A DNA stretch of 64,000 nt, taken from positions 558,001 through 622,000 of the forward strand of contig ML996704.1 of NCBI GenBank assembly GCA_010356995.1, given 5' to 3'. The translations under genes were made by a program, and so were the position numbers. The DNA comes from Trichodelitschia bisporula. Its lineage: Eukaryota. Below are positions 37,209 through 47,744 of this stretch, in pieces. Position 1 is the stretch's first letter, and each line of letters starts with the position of its first letter. The notes under the pieces were generated by a model. It did not search any database and had not been told where the DNA came from. It was given only the letters and a program-made list of their open reading frames with translations.

Positions 37209-38719
37209 GCCTCGCACTGGAATCAGTACGAACAACCAGACCGCCACTTATAACTGCGAACCACCGTGAGTCTGCCCTTCAGTGTATCCGCAATGACTGA
37301 CACCAGCAGCAATCTTGTTCCCACGATGGTATCCGCGCTATCCGCAGTCGCGGCATGAGCACCCCGCGTCCTCGGGAGTTATTGGGAAGGCACTCACGCG
37401 CATCCGGCGGGGCAGTCGGGGCAGTGTCACCACTCAAGACGCGAGAAGGCATGCAGTTGGATGACAGCACCGACGAAACGGACGAGACGGGCGCAGCATC
37501 CGCGCAGGATTGCGCGCGCGCCCGGACTCGGACCAGGGCCAGCGGTAGACGTCGCATTGATCGCGTATCAAACATGAGTAGCTAGTTTCAAGGAAGGCGG
37601 GGCTGTTGTTTTGCTCTGAGCTCTGCTATCTGTGCCCTCGCGGTGTCTTCGCGCCGTGCATTTGTCCTTTGGCCTCTATAATTATCTTTGAGCCTCGTAT
37701 CCTTCAAGCCTGCTCGCGTGCAGAGGCGCGATCGCGTTTCTCCTGACTTTCCCACATGCAGCTTGTTTGGCGCAGCACCGGGCGCCCCGCTTCGCCCAAT
37801 AAAGCTTTTGGCACGGACCATCCCGGTCTGGGCCTGCGCCATGGGGCGCACGAGCGAGCTAGCCGCGGACTGGGGGTGCCAGTGAATGGGGACCAGTGAG
37901 GGGTTGGTGATTTCAAAGCTTGGTTGTGGGGATGCTGATCGGGGGATTAAAGTTGACGGATGCTGGATGCTGGAATGTACGGAGTATGGTGTTTGGGATG
38001 GAGGATGAGGTAACGAGCTGTAGAGACGCAATTGCTATGGGATATTTGGTGGAGGCTTGTGAGAGCTTTTCTGTTGGTCGGTTGCTGGGTCTGTTGTCGA
38101 GATGACACTTGCAAGTCTGGTGGGATAATCGGTTTTCTGCTCACGCTCAGCCTTGTGGAAGATTAACCGGGCCACTGGTTGATATGCATATCAAGTCTGA
38201 CGTCATGATGCTTGATTATTATGCGATATCAAAGGGGATTCAAGAATTCTACTTTGTGCTTTCAACTTTCCCCACGCTATGTGGAAGGGGTTTCCAGTGG
38301 CCCCGCCGAGGCTGAAGGCGATGAACAGGAGGCTATGGTTCAGTTGCTCCTGCTCGAAACTACGGTATTATGAGATAATTTCACCAGGCCGACTAACTTC
38401 GCGAGATTCGGGTTTAAAATGTTCGGGTAAGCACCTAGATACTCCGTTCATTCAAAGCATGTACAACCCCCCAGTCTGATTTGACCTCCAGTTCCCCGAA
38501 GTCTGAAAGTCTTCTACCGCGTCTGAAGGGGCTCCGAGCACGGGTAACGAGAAATACTTCCTGCGAGTCAGTTGAGAGACAAAAGAATTTCCCCAATGAA
38601 TAATGAATCATCCAGCTCGGGGGGAGCTTGGCTTCTCTTCCTACGGCGAAATTGTCAAAGATATCGCGCGATTTTCCACAGAGAAGACGGAGGGCTTATG
38701 GCGATGTTTAGAAGAGTAT

Positions 38720-39862
38720 TATCCATTCCTAACCCTCCGAAGACATTTTCCGATAGTGATACATGACGTTTTTGCGATGACGGTTACTGAGACGTAAATA
38801 GAGGAGAGCGAAATTTTCTAGCCGCGTTTTTCCGCAAGTAACCATCACCAATAGCGGCATGATAAGAGTCGAAATCCCTTGTCTAAAGAATGTTTGTCAA
38901 CACTGGATGATTTTAGACATGCTCCTCCAGCATCTATGCTTGAAATGGTCGAAGAACGAAGCTCCGTTTCCAGGCCGAACTCTTTATGGAGCAGCTCGGT
39001 AAGGATGCAGCCGTAAAACATATTAGCACGGTTGTCTTCCTTCGGCCAGAAGGCTTCATGAAATATCGTAGTGCCTTGCGGACCGATAGCTGCGTTTCTC
39101 CTATCTCTAGAATCGCCATCTCTGCGTGCAACCTGCAAGCTTAACCGGCCAACCTGAGTCGAAGTGAACAGTGAAACTGGATCACTACACAACAGCTGCC
39201 GACATTTAGCGCCAGCTATCCATATTGACCGGGGCTCCTCCACTTCTTCGGCCACCGCTTCTTTCCATTTGCCGTAGAGTGCCGTTTGTTGGGCGTGCAT
39301 GGCAACACCTTTACTCGGCGGATTTAGATTTACCATGGCACTCGGACCAGTCGACGAACTGCTATCAGTATGCACCTGTAAAGGAGCAATCTTAGCACCT
39401 GGACGAATTCTTTAATCATTGTTGCAGGTACAGAATGCCGCCGTCCGGAGTGGTGTAGCATAAAATGTTCGAATAGCTACAGAGTCCTGCCTATCCGTCC
39501 TTTAGGAGACGTCGATACCGTACTCTTTTGATATGCTAATATTCGTCAGTTATCGGTCCGTTAGCGGGGAAGCTATCGTATCACAGCCAACTATCCTCCA
39601 TTCCGAGTGAGTCGGCCTTTCACCGCCTCCGTCTATATAAACCGACAAGCGCATTTTACGCCCGCTACCACACAAAACGACAAGACTTGCGATAGAAAGC
39701 GATAGTGTATAATTCGTCTTTTACTGAAACACCAACTGGAGTTTGTATGGCGTTTTTGGATACGGCGGTGGCGTTTACGCTCGTAGGAGGTTGAAGTGAC
39801 ATCGGACTTGTTGGGTCTTCGGAAGTAAGTTTGATCCGATAACTCTCCGGTAGAATTACCAA
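38720..39862 (-). pseudogene. Degenerate intron-containing gene remnant, unknown family
   Basis: ORF pieces 39665-39862 and 38845-39375, plus a further shifted open stretch MVTCGKTRLENFALLYLRL. Intron-like 39431-39376 (GTACCT...GCTAAG...TACAG). Region is more AT-rich than its flanks and the frames do not join cleanly. Confidence 0.3.
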
Positions 39863-39864
39863 CC

Positions 39865-39898
39865 CAGGGAGGAGCAGGGAGGAGCAGGGAGGAGGGGC
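39865..39898 (+). repeat. (CAGGGAGGAG)3 plus GGG, matching the canonical G-quadruplex pattern
   Basis: GGG-N7-GGG-N7-GGG-N4-GGGG read directly. Confidence 0.75.
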
Positions 39899-40546
39899 GG
39901 TTGAAGGAAGTGAGTTGCGTCTTCCGCCAATAATATACTACGTATGCCTTTCCATTGGCTCCTTCTCCTCCGGAAGGCTTGTTCTGAGAAGCATCACGTG
40001 ATCGGAGTGAGCAATAGCGTTGGAGCAGCGGAAGGTCGGCGCGTTGTTGGGTCGCCCAAAGTCAAATGTCGCGAGGCACCCGGCCAACGGCACTCTCAAC
40101 AACCACAATCCACTCTTCCATCAACTCCATCAACGCCCTTCATCTCGTCACATTCTACCTCATCTACCGCCGTCGTCTCATCTGGTCCCCACGAATTATT
40201 CCCGAATCCCCCGAATTATCTTGGCAACAAAAGCCATCAACATTAAGTCCTTTCACGGCAAAAAAGTGCGCATCTCAAATCACGATCGAAGTTGTAACGA
40301 AAGTTGTGGTCGCTGGTGGGGGGTGACCACCACCCTGGGCGTGGTAAAAGGCGCTGTGGGCAGGCTTAAACTTGTCAATTTCATACGTCCTGCTTGCTAC
40401 CCCCTCCCATCACCATCGCAAAGCAAAATTTCTTGCAAACAATTACGGCCATCTTCGCTACGCTGTCGTAGCCGTCTGTACTTTTGGTACAAACCTTCCA
40501 GGCGTGATCCAACACGCTTACCTACCGTTGTGTCGAGCGAGGAGGC

Positions 40547-42724
40547 ATGCGCCCTAAGGAGCTCAGATTCGAAGGAGGTAGCACATCTCTAAAGTTGTTC
40601 CTCGTTCACTGCCGGACTCCCACCTTCCTGCAGCGTAACGTGAGAGCCGTCCTGAACGCGCATGAGAAGGCGGGGGGGAAAGCGAAAAACCCATCAGTGA
40701 GTAGGAAGCCGACAGCAGTTCGTATCGCTTGGGACACTGTGGATCTACCTGAAGAAGCCATCTGGCATCGAGCACAGGAAATGGCGGAACCGCAGTTGGT
40801 GGTGAGTGTGAAGGGGCTGAAGCCTATGAGAGGCCGCAATGGAGATCCTCGCATCGCTCTGAAAACTCGGCTCGGGCGCTTCCAGGTCGTCCAACTTTCA
40901 TGCGATATTGAAGTCTCCGTCTGGCATACTCAGGACAACCTTAAGCGGAGCCTCTGGCGAGAAGTCCAGACAGCTCACCTGGTCGGGAGAGTCTACGAGG
41001 ACAACACCATCGACTTGAACGTCAATATCGAGAAGCTGTTTGTCATCAAAAAGAAGAACCTTCTGGTTCGGATCCAAAATGGGAAGAGATGGGTCCAGGG
41101 CCTCGACAATAACTACGAAATGTGCCTGAAGCTTCAGTTCCAGTCCAGCGAGGACGCCGAACAGATCATGCCCCTGCTGTACGGCTCGCAGGTAGCTTCT
41201 CCTTACACGCCCAAGACGAACCTCGCTGCGAAATGGCTTGGTCTTCCCAAGTGTCCACCGGCAGGTACGGTTCTCCCAATCAGCCGCATTTTTGAAGGCA
41301 GGAAGAAGATGACGGAGTACGGCTACGAGATTGAAGTGGGCTGGGAAACTGACCTAGATGTCGGCTGCGAAGTCGACATGGGGTGGCAGGTCAGGGGTCC
41401 TATCTTAAACAACGTCAATCACCTCATCAAGTCGGCGGCAAGCAAGCTGAAGCCCGAAGCTGAAGCGATGGACGTTGACAAGAATTCCGTCAAGGTCGTA
41501 TATCGGTGGGACGATCGCGCGGTGACTGTGAGCGGTTTCTCGTGTCTTTATTGCAGAAAGACGGAGAAAAGCGCCACTCGCCTGCGGTTTCACCTCGAAC
41601 ACTTCCATGCTAGTCGCAAAGAGACTTTCAGCATCATTAGCCGCGATGGCCGTCATGTCACGTTCTCTATGCCAAAACAAGGAAAGGGGGGTGGGAGAAA
41701 GAGTCCAGAGCCGGAAGCGTTCCCAGGGAAGCCGATTGTTGTCAACGGCCCCGACCCGAACACCAAGGGAATGCCCAATCCTACTGGCCACCTTTGGGTC
41801 GCCCCGAACGACACTTTTGATATCAACAAGTACTTGGACGGCGGCGACACGTGGGTCGCGCGGGGCCTAAAAGGCAGAAAAGGCAAAGCCACCCCGTCCG
41901 CAGCGCAGTCAGATGTCGAGGAAGAGACTCCTCGCAAGGGCCCCGAAGACGTGCAGCTCACGCTAAGCCGTGGACCTACCGCTCGTAAGCGCTACGTGGT
42001 GCCCTATCCAGAGCATGGGGGACAGTTCTGGTCGACCAAGGAGAAACGCGTTCTTCGCCCTGGCGAGTTCCTCAGCGAGAGCGACGATGAGCCGGAGATG
42101 TCTTGGCAGGCACCACAGCGACGCGCTGTATATGCCAACATTAATGTCTGTGAGGATGAAAAGGATGTGCTCGTGAGCTGGGAACTGCACATCATGCGCG
42201 AGAATCTAGCGGGCGACCGCTACTACGGTGATGCGGCCATCCGCTACACACACGCGCGGATGAAGTGGCTATTGCAGAAGCCGGAGCGTTTGGAGGCGTG
42301 GTATAAGAAGCTCCGGCGTATGAAGCAGCAGAAACTCCTCGAGGAGAACTTTCTCGTCTTCATTCTGGAAATGATACGCAAGCAGAACGAGAAGTACTAT
42401 CGCGAGAGGGAGATTCCAGACTCTGAGGGTGGGGATGCGATGCAGATCGACGACGACACCCCGGAAGTGGAAATCCCCCAAACGAACCCGATCCCACGTA
42501 GGCGCAAGGATGCATGTATTTGCGGCGAGCTGGCTACGACTCTAGCAGACACTATCATGTGTTTCAACAGCGATGTAAGACAAACTCTCCAGATCTTCTT
42601 GCGTTTCTAACTCTTATACTAGGTTTGTAAATACCCCCTCTTCCACCTCAAGTGCATAGGCCTCACAACCCCGTTGCGCGGTTGGGTATGCCTGGAATGC
42701 ATGAAGAAGGAAGAAGAAGCATAA
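40547..42724 (+). CDS. SUZ12: Polycomb SUZ12-like protein (C2H2 finger + VEFS box) with C-terminal PHD finger
   Basis: N-terminal 'RTPTFLQRNV', C2H2 'CLYC...LRFHLEHFH', VEFS-like 'LRPGEFLSESDDEPEMSW...VCEDEKDVLVSWELHI'. Intron 42575-42622 completes C-x-C...C...C...H-x2-C...W-x-C-x2-C; TAA at 42722-42724. Confidence 0.82.
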
Positions 42725-43340
42725 GCAGAGGAGTAAGTGAATACGTTTCGGCTGGTTTTTTTTCGTTGGGCGTGTATGGAGTTATGGTGTGCTCGTTGCG
42801 TCATGGCGATTTAGACGGTTGCGTGGCAGCATTGGGTACCCTGGGCGGCGAGCTGCGGTAAATGCATGGGCAACGGGCTGTTGCGATGGCGTTGTGGGCT
42901 TCGTGTACTTACCCCCAGGGGCTTGGCTTCATAGCCTCGGTGTGAGGTGTTATCATGTCAGAGAGGTTACTCTTGCTGTCCTGGACGGTTGTGGAGAAAT
43001 TCGTAATCTGGTGGATTGGCCTTGAGATGAACGCCAAGCTTTTATATCGGACCAAATGCCTGGGATTTGGTGCTCCATTGGTTACATAACTGGACCTTCA
43101 ACGGCCGTTCACTCCAAATTCGCAGATTTTGAGCGTTTTTCGACCCAGTTGAGGATCCAACGTATAAGCTGGCTTGTAGAGGCAGGTTGAGAGAGTTAAC
43201 AGAACCAACCTCCGCATCCCAGTTAGCTTGTTTTTCGTACCCCGACCCATCAACACGCAACACCTCGCGTTTGTTTAATAGTCCCAAGCGACAGACATAC
43301 ACGCTATCGGCCTCACTATTCGTTCGAATTGAAATCGGTG

Positions 43341-44991
43341 ATGGTCAGATTCAACGCCTGTATTCGTCAATTCTTCAGACCGCTGTCCTTTTCAAAACCA
43401 TATTCCAGCAGTACTAAAGCAGCCAGGATGAACCAGTCGCAGCCCTTTGAGGAGGAGCGACTCCCCTGGTATCGCGCGGACCAGTTTTATCCCGTACATA
43501 TGGGAGAGACATTTATCTATAAGTACAAGGTTGTGGGCAAAGCTCGGATACGGTGCCTACTCTACTGTTTGGCTGTGCCGAGATACGAAGTCAAGAAATC
43601 TACCTAGGACCATTTGGACTTAGAATGCTGACTGATACAGCAGAGATTCTGGCTTTGTAGCCCTCAAAGTCTGTACTCGGGATGAGACTGGATCCTTGCG
43701 AAATAATCGAGAGCTGAAATTTTACGAGCATGTCAGTCCACTCAACTCACAGCATGACGGCCAAGCATATATTCGCGGCCTCTTAGAGACATTCGAAATC
43801 AATGGTCCATCTGGAAAGCATTTATGTCTCGTTCAGCCTCCAATTCATATGACCATCCGGGAGCTTCAGTGCCAGAATCCGCCGAAGCGGCTCAACAAGC
43901 AGATTTTTAACTGAACCCTTTTCAACCTGCGTAGCGGACTCACTTTCCTTCATGATGAAGCAAAAGTGGTACATACCGGTGGGTTTGTAATTGCTATATA
44001 CCTTGAGCATTGAATTGACTTCCTCACAACAGACATTAATCCGTCGAACATTGATAAAAGGAGATGTGTGGTCAATGGAAACATCACAGCATCACAAGTT
44101 AGACCGAAGGTCTGTCCATGAACAAGTTGCTTAATTGTCAAAGAGGTGGGGATCCCGAGTCTACTTATACTAGAGCCCTGTGGCTGAAACTAGGTAAGGC
44201 TGAACACAGCCACCGCTTTCTAACAAACATCACGCTAAGCATTCACGATGAGTCTCTACTCCCAGGAATTTGAACGAGCGGAAGCCGAGGAACCATCGCC
44301 AATAAAAGTAATCGATGAAACTCGCACGATCTATGGTTCTCGAAAACTTGGTCTTCCGAAGGGCTCGCTTTGGGGCCAGCCTGTCCTGTGTGAGTTTGGA
44401 GAGGCGCGAATTGGCCAGACCCATAAAGGTCTGATTCAGGCTGAGCTCTATCGTGCCCTGGAAGTTATGTTCAACATGGAATGGAACTATAGTGTTGACA
44501 TCTGGAATGCAGCTGTCCTGGTAAGTTTTCCAATCCCTGGTAACTATCGCTAAACCTACATTCTACTAACTTATCCCTCCCAGATATGGGATCTATTTGA
44601 GGGTCAACACCTATTCATGCTCTAGATGAAGCTCAAAAAGTGTCAGCAACACACCACGTTGCTGAGATGGTAGGGTACCTTGGAAGCCCCCCTCTTGAGT
44701 ATCTACGTCGGAGCGAAGTCACAAACAATGTTTTTGATGAGAAAGGCCAGTATGCTCTCGAACTCTGCCCAGCTTTCTCATGATCTAACGGGTTGTTAGG
44801 CCACTGGAAAGGTGCAGGAGGTGTCGCGGTGCCAGAAATGTCTCTCGAGCGAGCTGAGATTGTCTTGGAAGGTGAAGAGAGAAGGCAATTCCTCATTTTC
44901 GTGAGGTCGATGCTCAAATAGTTACCAGAAGGGAGACGGGGAGCCGCCGAACTTCTTACCGACGCCCTGCTTGGAAGGGGCTATTCCTTGA
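43341..44991 (+). pseudogene. SRPK-like (CMGC) protein kinase pseudogene
   Basis: 'FEEERLPWY..FYPV', 'GK/LGYGAYSTVWLCRD' (+1 frameshift near 43540), 'VALKV', 'HLCLV', TGA 43912, 'HTDINPSNI', frameshifts near 44262 and 44616, DFG changed to EFG, APE changed to ALE, TAG 44919, and an LTR insertion. Confidence 0.92.
44052..44225. mobile_element. Solo LTR (174 bp) with 5-bp target-site duplication AACAT
   Basis: AACAT(44047-51)-TGATAAAAG...CTTTCTAACA-AACAT(44226-30): TG...CA ends with an imperfect terminal inverted repeat. Removal restores the kinase frame PSNITLSIHDES. Confidence 0.88.
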
Positions 44992-45224
44992 ATGTAGACC
45001 CAGGCTGCGGCCAACACAACCTCAGCCTATTTCTCGGATTGTACTATGCTGTAATTAGTTTGCTCTTCTGGAAGCCGAAGACGATGAAGGTCCCGATTTT
45101 TTGGCAACCTAGAAAAAGTCACAATGGCTCCACAAATCCTTATATAAGGGTGCTGACGCCATAGCAAAACGGTTTCTACCTAATGCTTCACATTCTTGAT
45201 TTAAGCCGGTTATTTACCTCCGAA

Positions 45225-45736
45225 GCGACGAACAACATTCCCTTCCCCTGCAACAGCCGTTATTTCTCATCCAGTTATTACGGATCTGACCGTGTGCATC
45301 TCTCCCCCTTCCACCTGTGAACTGGACCCGCACGATTGGCACCGCGTAGAAAAAGTTCCATATCTATACACATCGAAGCAGAGTGCATGGCTGTATGTAG
45401 CACTAGTGAATGAGAAAGAACTTGTGGCTGAGGATCTACTGGTTACAGATATCAGAGTCGGCGAGCCGCCGCCCATCTGAGTTTGGATCATTCATGGGAG
45501 AGTCGACCTGGCGGAATCTGGGTACTGAGAAGCAAATTCTCTGGCAAGGTTGGGCAAGCTGTGACAGAGGTCGACGTTCTATTTGGTGTCGATGCCGTTG
45601 ACCCACGACCACAATGGACCCCCATGCGATCACCGCTCCAACTTAACGCTCAATCGAATGTACCGGTTGCAAGGCTAAGCGTACTCCATGGTAGGGCCAA
45701 GCCGAGGCCAGATAATCGGGCTTCTTTGAGGGTCAG
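45225..45736 (+). pseudogene. 5' fragment of Dcr2-like calcineurin-type phosphoesterase, truncated before the catalytic domain
   Basis: 'VITDLTV..WHRVEK..AWLYV..VTDIRVG' /frameshift near 45480/ 'WESRPGGIWVLRS..VDVLFGVDAVDPRPQW..ARLSVLHG..LRV', recalled as the N-terminal region of fungal Dcr2-like proteins. The expected GKFKI..D.H motif is absent. Confidence 0.72.
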
Positions 45737-45910
45737 TGTTAACTGGTTAACCCACTGTTTTCAGAGCGCCAACGACCGACGATAACCACGTTTCGTTGAA
45801 TCTGACAGTTCCTTCTTCACTTCCTCTCCATTGACAGTATCCTTGTTGCTTTCCGAGCCCTGGATGCGTGCCCGCTCGAAGAAGGAGTTTGCCGAGTTGA
45901 GCTGCGCCAT
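45737..45910 (-). pseudogene. 5' fragment of a gene resembling the N-terminus of DUF3435 tyrosine recombinases (Starship captain)
   Basis: MAQLNSANSFFERARIQGSESNKDTVNGEEVKKELSDSTKRGYRRSLAL*KQ (likely W to TGA at 45761-63), then a GTGGGT donor cut off at the junction. Family resemblance is from memory only. Confidence 0.4.
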
Positions 45911-46596
45911 TAGGAAATGACGCCCAAGAGCGCTACAGAGAAGGCCAATAACGGCGAGAACAAAGACAATACAAAAGGAAGAGCAAAAATGTGGCGCAGA
46001 GAAGGGACTTCGAAGCCTGAAGCAAGACTAAGTAATATGAGGTAAGGAAAGAAAAACAGCGGGCGGGAGAGAGGGATTTTATCGATCACAGACGTGGCGA
46101 AGCACCTCTCGAGCGCCATGCTGTCGTCAAAAACATGCTCTGAGGGTGGAAGAGCCTGACATCGCCGCAGTGTGGTCGCATGGACTCGGAGGGTTCCCGT
46201 TTCGGCACCCCTGGGTCCCAAAACTGGGCACCCTCGCACCCCGTCTAAAGTTGACCAACACGATACAACAGAAGTCAGCACTCGCCGATCATCGCCATTG
46301 GTCTATCAGGGAAATTCAGGCGAAGGTGTTGAGCTGAGGATGAACGGGGTGAAGGGGGGTGAAGAGAGGGTGAATTCTGCCTGTATCAAGGTGGCGAGGG
46401 CACCTAACCGAAACGGGCACATCAAAAAAAGATGTTGAGTCCGATTACCTAGGTAGTCAGTCTTGTTTGAACGCACGTCTCCCTTGAAGACCTAACTCAT
46501 CCGGTGCTCTCCATATGTCGGCGCTCTGAATCCTCATCGCAAGAACACTTCCGAATACGCTAGTTCTAGACCCGGCCTGAATAATGCATCCCAACC

Positions 46597-47034
46597 TTAA
46601 TCCCACTCCACCCCGTCGTAAGTCGGCTTCGAAGTGCTATTCACGCTCCAGGGCGTCTTCCCATCCCAGTTCTCCGGCTCATCACCCGACTCATCATCCT
46701 CTGATCCCGCCTTTGAATCCCGCTTCCCCACTTCTTCCGCCAGTGATCTCCTCTTGTTCCCATCCTCCTCCTGCGCCCCGAACTTTGCCTGCTCAGCCTC
46801 CTCTCCAGCCTGCCGCTCCATATGTGATCTACGCCGCAGCGCGAACTGTCCTTCAATTCCCTGTCGACAGCGCGTGCAAATGCGCTCCCCGCGGGGCCAG
46901 CGCAGTAGGTGTTCGCGCTCGATGCCGACTTCGGTGGGGATGTGATTGGTCGTATTCGCGAGGGGGCAGAGGGAGGTGAGGATTGGGTAGCGTTGGTCGC
47001 AGGTGAAGCAGATGAGGGATATGGTTGTGCACAT
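46597..47034 (-). CDS. 145-aa hypothetical protein with putative zinc-binding N-terminus
   Basis: MC-x6-CxxC-x10-C...H...CxxC, then a charged helix and acidic tail. CAACCATG context and C/A-rich leader. Confidence 0.65.
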   Translation of the reverse strand: MCTTISLICFTCDQRYPILTSLCPLANTTNHIPTEVGIEREHLLRWPRGERICTRCRQGIEGQFALRRRSHMERQAGEEAEQAKFGAQEEDGNKRRSLAEEVGKRDSKAGSEDDESGDEPENWDGKTPWSVNSTSKPTYDGVEWD

Positions 47035-47744
47035 GGTTGGATTGGTTTTGGGGGAGGGAGGAGGGAGGGAGGTTGTCGGGAGTGTAGATCGGTGTTAGGG
47101 AATTGGAGGATGGTGTTGTCGGTGGGATTTGTTTGCGGACTGGCGAGGGAATGGAGGGAGGGGCTGAAGGCTGTGGTAGTGTTGGCGATGACGTTGTGGT
47201 GCGAGGGTTGGCTTTGCTTTGGTAGTTGTGGTTCGGTGTCTGGGCTTTGTGAAAGATGGGGGTGGTACAGCGAGTTGTGCGGAGAATAAAGATGGTGCCG
47301 ATAAGAGGGCGGTTGAAAGAGAGATAAGGCGCGGAAAGTGATAGCGGGGGACAGTTCTGCTGAGTTTGGAGACCGAAAAGTGGTTGAGACATGAAGAACG
47401 ATTGTGAAAGATGGGTCTATGTGAAGTAAGCTGAGGGAAGCTGAACAAGTGGAAGGCGTTCTCGTGGACTACAAGGTGCATCGTATGAAGGGTAGTAGCA
47501 CTCCAGCACGCGACTGCATTCCATCTCGTGGAACCCTGCCACCTGCCTGGAATGGTAATTGGAAACTCAATGCCCTATCAAACTTCAACGGAGGCGACGG
47601 CAAACAACTATTGGAACACTGGTCGGAGACATCACAAGTAGTGTAATATTGGTAGCAGGAGTATAGAGCGAGAACTTAGGAGTTTGTCTACACCATCTGG
47701 ACACTTAAATAGAATCCTACGCCCAAACGCCTCGCCTCAATTAT

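Noticed and set aside
3950..42724. Apparent chromatin/RNAi cluster (IWS1, Argonaute, CTF4, CHZ1, SUZ12), and YPT1 in the same window as TRS120
   Set aside because: Genes are spread over tens of kb among unrelated housekeeping genes; no evidence of functional clustering without synteny data.
45737..46460. Second LTR-type insertion starting TGTTAAC with GTCAG as TSD (45732 and 46456)
   Set aside because: The end is TA rather than CA, and the phosphoesterase frame does not resume after 46460.
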